DNA from: an uncultured delta proteobacterium
GTDB lineage: Bacteria; Desulfobacterota; RBG-13-43-22
Assembly: GCA_963711835.1 (NCBI GenBank)
Contig: CAVQFQ010000010.1
Location: 1 to 64,000, forward strand
Length of the DNA stretch: 64,000 nt
Reading direction: 5' to 3'
The notes under the pieces are model-generated. The model was not told where the DNA came from and searched no databases. It saw only the letters and a list, made by a program, of their open reading frames with translations. A program made the translations under genes and the position numbers. Position 1 is the first letter of the stretch; each line of letters starts with the position of its first letter. Positions 10,614 to 18,960 of the stretch are shown one piece after another.

Positions 10614-10709
10614 TCACCGCCCACTCGTCACGCCCCGGCGTGACTCGCTCAAGCCGCAAAGATCGCTAAGAGAAAATTCTTCTTTGCGTCCTTCGGGTCT
10701 TGGCGGTGA
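10614..10709. repeat. REP-like intergenic hairpin with a nested small palindrome
   Basis: tcaccgcc...cgcaaag...ctttgcg...ggcggtga, with internal gtcacgccccggcgtgac. Confidence 0.55.
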
Positions 10710-10934
10710 AAAAACATTTTTTTGCTCTGATTAGAAAAAATATACCATACCTTCATTTATAATAAATAGTTATTTGCGGGCCGGGGGCCCGTTGCATTCA
10801 AATGGGTTTTCCGCTAAGATCCCCTCAGGCAACAGGGCTAATATTTCGGATGGTCCCCAGGTTACGCGATAAAGTCCTCTCATGATTTTTGAAGGCCTCA
10901 GGAGGGCGCAGCGTCTGGAAAGGAGATCCTCTTC

Positions 10935-13568
10935 ATGACCGAAAGAAACCACATCCTCTTAGGCGTAGGTTTTTACCCGGATTGGTGGCATAAGCATTAC
11001 GGTATTTCCTTTGACAAAAAGTATTATCTCGATCCGGAAACCCGGATGGAAGCCCGGATGGAAATGGACCGAAGACTTTTTGAAAGGTTCGGAGAGGTGG
11101 GATTGGGTGACCCCGATCCGCAGCCCAAGCCGCTCATTACTTTCGGCATGGTTATGCTGCCGGCCGTTTTCGGCTGCGAAACCGTCTTTGAAAAAGACGC
11201 CCTGCCTTGGGCCATGCCCCTTAATCTTTCGGAAGAAGCCGTCATGAAGCTGGAAACGCCGGACCTGCTCCAGGCCCCCCCCATGCGGGCCATGATCAAG
11301 CAGATTGATTACCTGCACCAAAAGTACGGCCGGGTAGTGGGTGATATCAACACCACCGGAGTCCAGAATCTGGCTCTCAAAATCCGGGGAGAACAACTGT
11401 ATTTCGATTATTTTGAAAACCCGAACCTCTGCCGTCATCTGCTCCAGGTTTGTACCGCCGCCATTATTCAGCTTTTCCAAATCATCCATAAGATCACCGG
11501 CACCGGGGCCGTGGATGTCACCCCCATGTGCGACCCGAAGCTCTTTGTGCTCCCCAACTGCACGGTGGAGCAAATCTCCCTGAAGACCTATGAGGAATTC
11601 AATCTGCCCTATGACAATCAGGTGGCCGAGGCCTGCCATCCCCTGGGTATTCATCACTGCGGCTCGGTGAATCAAGTCTTGGAGGGCTATGCCCAAGTGG
11701 GCCATCTCGAGTTCCTGGAGATCGGCTTCGGTTCGGATGTCAAACGGACCCGGCGGGTCCTGGGTCCCCGGGTGGCCGTCAATGCCCGCATCAACCCGGT
11801 GCTGATGAAAAACGGGACGCCTGAGGAAGTGGCTGCCGAGGTGCGCCGTTTGATCGAGCAGGGAGATCCGCTGGATAACTTCTCCATTGATACCGTAGGG
11901 CTGACCTACGGCACACCGGATGAAAATGTCATCGCGGCCCGTCGGACCGCAACAGAATACGGAAAGATCCGGAAGACAGTCCCTGCCCCCGCCTATTCTT
12001 TCCCGGTAATTGAGGCAGGGTTAAAGGCTGAACCTGTCCGGACATTGGTCAAAAGCCCCAGCCGAACCGTCGTCATCGGACAGGACCTTCCGCTGGTCAT
12101 AATCGGGGAGCGGATCAACCCAACAGGTCGGAAAAAAATGGCCCGGGCCTTAGAAGAAGGGGACCTGAAGCTGCTTCAAAAGGAGGCCAAAAAGCAGGTC
12201 AAGGCCGGGGCCCGGATCCTGGATGTCAACGTGGGCCTTTCAGGTATAGATGAACCCAAGCTCCTTAAGGCGGCCATTGAGGCCATTATGGAAGTCACTG
12301 ACGTGCCTCTCTGTCTGGATTCCGCCAACCCCAAGGCCCTGGAGGCAGGGCTGCAGATTTATAAGGGCAAGGCCCTGGTAAACTCGGTCAACGGGGAACT
12401 GAAAAAACTGGAGCAGATTCTTCCCCTGGTGAAGGCCTATGGGGCGGTTGTGATCGGGCTGACCATGGATGACGAGGGGATTCCCAAGAAGGCCGAAAAA
12501 AGGCTTGAGATTGCGCGTCGTATCCTGGAACAAGCTCAGCGGGCGGGGATTCCGAGAGAGGACGTAATCATTGATCCTCTGGCCATGGCGGTCAGCGCCG
12601 ACGACCAGGCCGGCAAGGAAACCCTGCGGGCCATGCAACTGATCCGCGATGAACTAGGCCTCAACCAGACCCTGGGACTTTCCAACATTTCCTTCGGCCT
12701 GCCGGAGCGAGCTCCACTGAACGCCGCCTTCTTGGCCATGGCGGTTTTAAGCGGCCTGACTTGTCCCATTGCCGATCCGACGGAAAAAGAGATTAGAAAG
12801 GCCTTACTTCTTTCCGACCTGCTGCTGGGCAAAGACGAATTCTGCCGAAACTACCTCAGGGCCTTTGCCAAAAAGGAAAAAAAGAAAGACAAGAAGGAGA
12901 AAGAGCCTGAGATCCGGAAGGATGAGGCTGATGACCTGCAGGCGCTTAAAGAGGCCGTCATCATCGGGCAGCGAGTCAAGGCCACGGAACTAACCCGGAA
13001 GGCCCTGGAATCCGGGGCCGACCCTCAGGACTTGATCAGCACCACCCTTATCCCCGCTCTGAATAGCGTGGGCGAACGGTTCGAGAAAAAGCAGATCTTT
13101 GTGCCGGAAATGATGATGGCCGCCAGGACCATGCAGGCCTGCGTGGATTTGCTCCAGCCCCTGATGACCAAGGAAGAAACCGGCAAACAGGAGACGGTTG
13201 TCCTGGGCACGGTGGCCGGGGACCTGCACGATATCGGAAAAAACCTGGTCAAGCTGCTGCTGGAAAGCTCCGGATTCAAGGTCATTGATCTGGGTGTTAA
13301 TATCCCTGCGGCCCAGTTTGTGGAAGCGGCCAGAACCCATCAACCCAGGGTGATCGGCCTCTCCTCGCTCCTGACTACCGGCGATCCTTATGTAGAAGAA
13401 ACGGTCAAGGCGATCCGGCAAAGCGATCCGGCCGGAAAGGTCAAGGTGGTCTGCGGCGGAGCCGCCCTGACCACCCGGTTTGTGGAGGAGGTCTGCGGAG
13501 CCGATGCCCATGCCCGGAACGCCGCCGACGGGGTAAGAAAGATCAGGCAGTTGCTGGGCCTTTCCTGA
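10935..13568 (+). CDS. Fused corrinoid methyltransferase: UroD/MtaA-like domain + pterin-binding (MeTr/MetH) domain + B12 cap and B12-binding domains
   Basis: HHCG (HxC zinc motif), IIGERINPTGRKK (pterin-binding), FVPEMMMAA cap, GDLHDIGKNLV (DxHxxG), GLSSLLT, CGG. Confidence 0.88.
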   Translation: MTERNHILLGVGFYPDWWHKHYGISFDKKYYLDPETRMEARMEMDRRLFERFGEVGLGDPDPQPKPLITFGMVMLPAVFGCETVFEKDALPWAMPLNLSEEAVMKLETPDLLQAPPMRAMIKQIDYLHQKYGRVVGDINTTGVQNLALKIRGEQLYFDYFENPNLCRHLLQVCTAAIIQLFQIIHKITGTGAVDVTPMCDPKLFVLPNCTVEQISLKTYEEFNLPYDNQVAEACHPLGIHHCGSVNQVLEGYAQVGHLEFLEIGFGSDVKRTRRVLGPRVAVNARINPVLMKNGTPEEVAAEVRRLIEQGDPLDNFSIDTVGLTYGTPDENVIAARRTATEYGKIRKTVPAPAYSFPVIEAGLKAEPVRTLVKSPSRTVVIGQDLPLVIIGERINPTGRKKMARALEEGDLKLLQKEAKKQVKAGARILDVNVGLSGIDEPKLLKAAIEAIMEVTDVPLCLDSANPKALEAGLQIYKGKALVNSVNGELKKLEQILPLVKAYGAVVIGLTMDDEGIPKKAEKRLEIARRILEQAQRAGIPREDVIIDPLAMAVSADDQAGKETLRAMQLIRDELGLNQTLGLSNISFGLPERAPLNAAFLAMAVLSGLTCPIADPTEKEIRKALLLSDLLLGKDEFCRNYLRAFAKKEKKKDKKEKEPEIRKDEADDLQALKEAVIIGQRVKATELTRKALESGADPQDLISTTLIPALNSVGERFEKKQIFVPEMMMAARTMQACVDLLQPLMTKEETGKQETVVLGTVAGDLHDIGKNLVKLLLESSGFKVIDLGVNIPAAQFVEAARTHQPRVIGLSSLLTTGDPYVEETVKAIRQSDPAGKVKVVCGGAALTTRFVEEVCGADAHARNAADGVRKIRQLLGLS

Positions 13569-13575
13569 CCTACCC

Positions 13576-14826
13576 ATGGACCTAAGCTTACGCTTGCAAC
13601 TCTCCGGGTCCAGGAGATATGAAAAAGTCAGCTACCCCGTCCGCTACGGCCGGTTGGCCGAGATCATCTTCTCCGGACATCGTTTTCAGTTTAATCTCAA
13701 CGGAGAAATTAAATTTCTCCAAGGCCGCGGGCGTGACTGGCCCCATCCTTCCGAGTGGCTGAAGAGAAGCGCCGGCAATCACTGGATCTATTATAACAGC
13801 GGCGGGTACAACCAGATTTTTGATTATCTGGGAGAGTATTATCTTCCCTGTTTCACCTATAACACCAACAGCCTCTGGGACATCGATCCTTTTAGAGAAA
13901 GCCCGGTTCAGGAGGCCCTGGACGCTTTTCAACGGCTTCCCTGGGAGTTGAAACATCGCCTGAAGGATGGAAATTGGTCCGAAGAGGAAAGGGCCTTTCT
14001 GGTGAAGGTAGTGTCTATGGATTCCCGGGCCTTAAAAGAGAGGGCCGGACAACTCGCTGCCATACTCAAGGGGCCGGTGAGTGTGCTTCCTCCCGATAGC
14101 CGTCATGTGGATTACGATTGCCTGCCCCTGATTATTGCCGACGGCTGCCTCTATCATTGTGGCTTCTGCCGGATCAAGTCCAATAAGGACTTTCGGAACC
14201 GTTCCCGGACAGATATCAAAAGACAGCTTAAGGAGCTCCGGACCTTCTACGGCCCGGATATCCAAAATTATAACAGCCTCTTTTTAGGCCAGCACGATGC
14301 CTTGCATTGCGGGCGGGATCGGATTGTCTCTGCAGCCCTTCAGGCCTATGCGGTGCTGGAACTGGAACAGTCCCATTTGGAGGGAAGCCATCTCTTCCTC
14401 TTCGGCAGTGTCGATTCCTTTTTAAGGGCTGATGAAGGTCTCTTTGAAGAATTGAATAAGCTGCCCTTTCGGACCTGGCTGAACCTGGGACTGGAGTCGG
14501 CTGATCAGGAGAGCCTAAATATGCTGGGTAAGCCTCTGAGGGTTCAACAAGTGGAGGAGGCCTTCCACCAAATGATGGCGATCAACCGGACTTATGACCG
14601 CCTTGAGGTAACGGCCAATTTCGTAATCGATCTCACCCTGCCGTCCGGCCACTGGGAGGCACTGGAGCGGTTGATCCGGGAAGGCCTCCCCCATTATGTT
14701 GACAAAGGGGCGATCTACTTATCCCCCTTAAGACGCAACGGCAGCAGGGAACTCCGGCAGCGTTTCAAGGAGCTCAAAATAAAAAGCCGTCTGCCCCTCT
14801 ACCTGTATCTCCTGCAGCAGTTATAG
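13576..14826 (+). CDS. Radical SAM protein of unknown function
   Basis: CLYHCGFC (CxxxCxxC) and GLES motif. Starts 7 bp after the methyltransferase stop. Confidence 0.8.
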   Translation: MDLSLRLQLSGSRRYEKVSYPVRYGRLAEIIFSGHRFQFNLNGEIKFLQGRGRDWPHPSEWLKRSAGNHWIYYNSGGYNQIFDYLGEYYLPCFTYNTNSLWDIDPFRESPVQEALDAFQRLPWELKHRLKDGNWSEEERAFLVKVVSMDSRALKERAGQLAAILKGPVSVLPPDSRHVDYDCLPLIIADGCLYHCGFCRIKSNKDFRNRSRTDIKRQLKELRTFYGPDIQNYNSLFLGQHDALHCGRDRIVSAALQAYAVLELEQSHLEGSHLFLFGSVDSFLRADEGLFEELNKLPFRTWLNLGLESADQESLNMLGKPLRVQQVEEAFHQMMAINRTYDRLEVTANFVIDLTLPSGHWEALERLIREGLPHYVDKGAIYLSPLRRNGSRELRQRFKELKIKSRLPLYLYLLQQL

Positions 14827-14873
14827 CCGTTAGAACCGTGTCCTTAGGACCTCGACGGGCTGGGTAAAAAAAA

Positions 14874-16100
14874 TTATACGGACTTGTCCCAGATACCGTA
14901 AATCTTTTTTCCGCACTTGGGGCATTGCCCTTTCTTTATATGGACTTCCTGAATCTGATAGCCCAGCCGGCGGATTAGCAGCTTTTTACATTGGGGGCAA
15001 TAGGTGTGTTCCCCTTCATGGCCGGGGATATTGCCGATATAGACATGCTCCAGGCCGGCTTTCAGGGCCATAGCCCTGGCCTTTTCCAGGGTGGCCACCG
15101 GCGTGGGTGGAAGATTCTTCAATCGATAGAGGGGATAAAAACGGCTGAAGTGAATGGGTATCCGGCTTCCCAACTCTCTGTTGATCCAGCGGCACATCTC
15201 TTCGATCATTTCGGGCTGATCATTTTTCGTGGGGATAACCAAGTTGACGATCTCCAGGTGGATTTTCTTCCTGACCAGGGTCTTCAGGGTGCTTAAGACC
15301 GGCTCCAGGCTGCCGTCAGAAAGCTCGCGGTAGAAGGTGTCGCTGAATCCCTTGAGATCAATGCAGGCGGCATCGAGATGGACCAGGAGGTCCGCCAAGG
15401 GGTTGGGATTGATATAGCCGTTGGAATGGCAGGTATTCAGAATGCCTTGGGCCCGGGCGGCCTGGCCGACCTCGATCATATATTCGATAAAAACGGTGGG
15501 TTCCACATAGGTGGAGGCAATCGAGGCGCAGCCGTTTTCCTTGGCCAGGGCAGCGATCCGTTGAGGAGGAAGATCGAAATTGAAGGTCTCCTCCGGTGCG
15601 GCCTGGGAGATCTCCCAGTTCTGGCAGAACTTGCAATGGAGGTTGCAGCCGGCCGTGGCGATGGAGAAAGAACGGCTGGCCGGCAGGACATGGAAAAAGG
15701 GCTTCTTCTCAATGGGATCCAGATGGACGGCACAGGGGTTGCCATAGACCAGGCTGTGATAAACACCCTGGCGGTTTTCCCGAACCCGGCACTCGCCCCG
15801 GTCTCCCGGGGCGACCCGGCAGAGTCGGGGACAGAGGGTACATTGAATCCGGCCTTGACCCAGAGGAAGATAATAGGGAGAGGGAACGGCCCGGACAAAC
15901 CCCTTGCGCAAATCCTGGGCGGAAGCCTTTTCCCTGGGCGCTAAAAGGGGCAGGCCTCCTCCGGCGGCCACGAGGAGGCTGGCCCGACAGCAGGTGCTTA
16001 GAAATTGGCGGCGGGTTACTTCTCCCCCGGAAGGATGAGGCTCCTTAAAAAATCTCGGCCGAAAAGACATAGATCTTGGTTTTCTTGTCCTTCCAAGCAT
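14874..16100 (-). CDS. amrS: AmmeMemoRadiSam system radical SAM enzyme (start uncertain; Tat-like TRRQFL leader)
   Basis: CTLCPRLC, DPIEKKPFFH, GCNLHCKFCQNWEISQ, HFSRFYP, VYIGN. Adjacent to amrA and amrB. Confidence 0.9.
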   Translation of the reverse strand: MLGRTRKPRSMSFRPRFFKEPHPSGGEVTRRQFLSTCCRASLLVAAGGGLPLLAPREKASAQDLRKGFVRAVPSPYYLPLGQGRIQCTLCPRLCRVAPGDRGECRVRENRQGVYHSLVYGNPCAVHLDPIEKKPFFHVLPASRSFSIATAGCNLHCKFCQNWEISQAAPEETFNFDLPPQRIAALAKENGCASIASTYVEPTVFIEYMIEVGQAARAQGILNTCHSNGYINPNPLADLLVHLDAACIDLKGFSDTFYRELSDGSLEPVLSTLKTLVRKKIHLEIVNLVIPTKNDQPEMIEEMCRWINRELGSRIPIHFSRFYPLYRLKNLPPTPVATLEKARAMALKAGLEHVYIGNIPGHEGEHTYCPQCKKLLIRRLGYQIQEVHIKKGQCPKCGKKIYGIWDKSV

Positions 16101-16662
16101 CCTTGGGAAGGCCGGCCTTTTGGCAGGTATGTTCTAAAAAGGTCAGGGTATCCCAGCCGTATTCCGTAGCGACCTGGGGAAGCAGAAGTCCTCCGTATCC
16201 GCCCCTTTCAATATACAGGCCGTGTTTTCCGATCTGGATTTCTTTGATATCCTGGATGAGCCTCTGCGGTGTCAGGGCGGATATTTCGATGTCCAGGTTG
16301 TTAAGTTCCTGACGGGATAACGGCGGAAACCTGGGATCCTGAAAAGCCGCGGCCTGGGCCATTTCCATGATCGTTTCAGAAAGGGGCTTCAGGGCCTGGG
16401 TGTAACCGATGCAGCCCCGCAACTGGCCCCGGGTCTTCAGGGTCACAAAGGCCCCCCTTTTTTCAGCCAGTTTGGCGGGCTCCCCTTCCCGAGAAGGCAT
16501 CGGCTTTCCCAACAGACGATGCTCAATGGCCCCCCGGGCCAGTTTATGCAGGGTGGCCTTTTCTTCTTCGGTAAAACCTTCTTCCCGGCTGCCGGCTTGT
16601 CCCTCCCTGCCCAAAGTCAGGTAGATCAATGGAAGAAAAAGAAGCAAACCTATAAGTTTCAT
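16045..16662 (-). CDS. amrA: AmmeMemoRadiSam system protein A (AMMECR1 domain)
   Basis: GAFVTL...LRGCIG, DPRFPPL, GLLLPQVA, CQKAGL. Confidence 0.92.
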   Translation of the reverse strand: MKLIGLLLFLPLIYLTLGREGQAGSREEGFTEEEKATLHKLARGAIEHRLLGKPMPSREGEPAKLAEKRGAFVTLKTRGQLRGCIGYTQALKPLSETIMEMAQAAAFQDPRFPPLSRQELNNLDIEISALTPQRLIQDIKEIQIGKHGLYIERGGYGGLLLPQVATEYGWDTLTFLEHTCQKAGLPKDAWKDKKTKIYVFSAEIF

Positions 16663-16700
16663 CCTGTCCAGTCCTCCACTTAGATTCTTATATCTTTTAG

Positions 16701-16999
16701 TCTGAGAATTTATCTCTAACTTTCCAAAATCAGGGGTAGGGGGGTCTTATTTTTTAAGTTATCCACCCCGAAGCCCTGAGCTTCTTTGCCGGGCCAAAAT
16801 CGGATAGTGTTTTAGTAGCAGGCCTACACCCAAGCTGGAAATGGGCTGGGGTGTAGCCCTGCTCTAAAATAAACTTAGTTATTCGGGCCGGATTAGGGGC
16901 TCTTAGTCACCCTTTGGACAACTTAAAAAATAAGACCCCCCTACACCATTTCTTCAGGACTTTAAAAAAATTTTCGAATGTCTTTGGTTAGGCCTTCCC
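16701..16999. repeat. Structured repeat family copy C
   Basis: 33-bp inverted repeat 16733-16765 / 16915-16947 with a compensatory C-G to T-A change relative to copy B. Confidence 0.9.
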
Positions 17000-17006
17000 G
17001 GCCGGT

Positions 17007-17972
17007 TCATTTCCGCTTCTCTTGTCCCGGGCCGGCTTTAAAAAGGGCCGCGGCCATATAGCCCACTACGCCGGAGCGATCCCCGGTTACATCTCCCGAA
17101 TTGGCATAGTTCAAGACCTTAGCCTGATTGGCGGAAAGCAATTTGGCGGTCTTCATGACCGTTACCATCGGCCCGCCACCGCAGGCTTCCACCTGGTCCG
17201 TGACGATATCCTGCATTAAACCCTTTTCATCAAAGGCCGCCACCCGGTCGAGCACTTTCTTATCCAGGGACTTGGCCTGAGCGTAAGGGTGAAAATGGGA
17301 AAGGTCGGTACTGGCCACCAGAAGAACCTTTTTGCCTTTTAAGGCCTCCGCCAAGGCCCGGGCTATTTCATCGCTGGTCAGGCGATCTTGAGAGCCCTGG
17401 ATAATGGCCACAATGGAAAAGCTTTTCAGGGTTTCCTGCAGGAAGGGGATCTGTATCTCCAGAGCATGTTCCTGGGCGTGGGCCTCGGGGATATATTTAA
17501 ATATCCCGCTCTTCTCCATGATGGTTTCAGCCAGGGATTGATCCATCGGAACAATCCCCAGCGGCGTTTCATACCCGCTTTTATGATCAATGGAAGCTCC
17601 GTTAAACGGCAGGCGGTGACTCGGCGAGACGATCACCACTTGAGTAAAGGGCCGCGTCAGGAGGAGTTTATAGGCATGGGCCGCCACCCCCCCCGAATAC
17701 ATATACCCGGCATGGGGGGCAATCAGGGCCAGCAGTTCGCCGCTGAAGGGGGGGGTATCAGGGACCGCTTTCAGAAAACCCTGGATCTGGGAGCGAAGCG
17801 TCTCCGGCTTTCCCGGATACCAGCTTCCGGCGAGATTGGATTTGCGTATCTCCTGTGACATGGCAGGCCTCCTTCCATTCGGATCAGGACCCGGTTGTCC
17901 TCCCCAAAGGAGGGACGCCCCTCCAACAATAAGAAAGAGGACAAAAACTGTTTGCGGAAAATTGGGTTGCAT
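17007..17972 (-). CDS. amrB: AmmeMemoRadiSam system protein B (Memo-like)
   Basis: AGSWYP, PHAGYMYSG, EHALEIQIPFLQ, STDLSHF, ACGGGP, YANSGD, VVGY. Confidence 0.92.
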   Translation of the reverse strand: MQPNFPQTVFVLFLIVGGASLLWGGQPGPDPNGRRPAMSQEIRKSNLAGSWYPGKPETLRSQIQGFLKAVPDTPPFSGELLALIAPHAGYMYSGGVAAHAYKLLLTRPFTQVVIVSPSHRLPFNGASIDHKSGYETPLGIVPMDQSLAETIMEKSGIFKYIPEAHAQEHALEIQIPFLQETLKSFSIVAIIQGSQDRLTSDEIARALAEALKGKKVLLVASTDLSHFHPYAQAKSLDKKVLDRVAAFDEKGLMQDIVTDQVEACGGGPMVTVMKTAKLLSANQAKVLNYANSGDVTGDRSGVVGYMAAALFKAGPGQEKRK

Positions 17973-18365
17973 TTACCTCCACGGCCCGCGAGGTGGTGGG
18001 GGACCTGGGGCCCAATGTCTTTTAACCTTCTTCGGTTTAGCCCAATGGCCCGGCACCCACCTGCTTCCCCTGTGATAGCCCGGTGCCCAAACCCAGCCGG
18101 GATGCGGGGGTGGACCCGGCCGGTGGTAGCCATAAGCAGGCGGTCCCGGCAAGGGTGGATGAGGAAGTACCATGTGGGGAGGTGGCGGTAATGGCGGCAG
18201 CGGGGGATGGGGCAGCCCCGGTGGAAGCGGTATGGGCGGGCCCGCCAAGCTGCTGCCTGTCAAAAGAAGGGTGAAGGCCCCGGCTGCGCATAATATCCCG
18301 ACACTTTTAAACCATCCGGCAAGGCCATTTTTTTCAGTCTGCTGCTTCTTGAATTCTTCTTTCAT
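17973..18365 (-). CDS. Small secreted Pro-rich protein with WxWxPG/WVPGHW (YXWGXW-like) repeat
   Basis: Signal-like N-terminus, poly-Pro tract, GWVWAPGY...WVPGHW. Stop abuts the amrB start. Confidence 0.65.
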   Translation of the reverse strand: MKEEFKKQQTEKNGLAGWFKSVGILCAAGAFTLLLTGSSLAGPPIPLPPGLPHPPLPPLPPPPHMVLPHPPLPGPPAYGYHRPGPPPHPGWVWAPGYHRGSRWVPGHWAKPKKVKRHWAPGPPPPRGPWR

Positions 18366-18457
18366 AGTCACTCCTTTGGGTTTTTGATTACGAATACCTG
18401 CCCGGTAGTCCGTAACGGCCCCCTATTTTTTGATTTGTACGTTTTTATGGTAGAGAG

Positions 18458-18585
18458 TTTACCTCGATGTTGCAAAAGTTTCGGAGGTTGCAGATCCGAG
18501 ACGTCCAGGGCGACGCTGTATACGCATACTGCGAGCCCTGGACAACAAAGGAGATGCGGCCTCCCAGACTTTCCCGAAGGGTAAA
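18458..18585. repeat. Long imperfect intergenic hairpin (MITE/REP-like)
   Basis: Nested stems ggaggttgca/tgcggcctcc, gtccagggc/gccctggac, cgctgtat/atactgcg. Confidence 0.55.
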
Positions 18586-18759
18586 AATTGATCGATAATC
18601 TTTTGAATGCCAAACTTCACCCAGAGTGAATTTCGACCCTAATGCCAAGATCGTTAGAACAAACTGTTTTAATTGATAAAAAACTCTTTCTCGATCAATT
18701 TTTATGCAACTTCGAGGTTTATTATACCATAAAGTTAAATCAAATGAAGTCACATTTTG

Positions 18760-18860
18760 GGCCGGATCTTTTTGAGCATGGCCAGGATATTTTTATGGAC
18801 CGGGGCCAGCATCAGGTGGCAGGCATCAATGGCCGATTTAATCCGGCAGCCCAGGCCTAA
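18760..18860 (-). pseudogene. Degenerate duplicate of the 3' end of the DUF169 gene
   Basis: Aligns to 21973-22112 with two deletions (18 and 21 bp) between microhomologies. Confidence 0.85.
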
Positions 18861-18960
18861 TCCTGAACGAGTTTTAGTCCCTTACCCCAATGAAATTCCT
18901 TGACATTTTAGGTCCTCCCTTGTGATTATATAGCCTAATAATCATTGCGGAGGAAAAGCT

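Noticed and set aside
10820-10934. Possible cobalamin/SAM/SAH riboswitch in the leader of the methyltransferase
   Set aside because: I could not find the B12-box or SAM/SAH consensus elements by eye. An Rfam scan would be needed.
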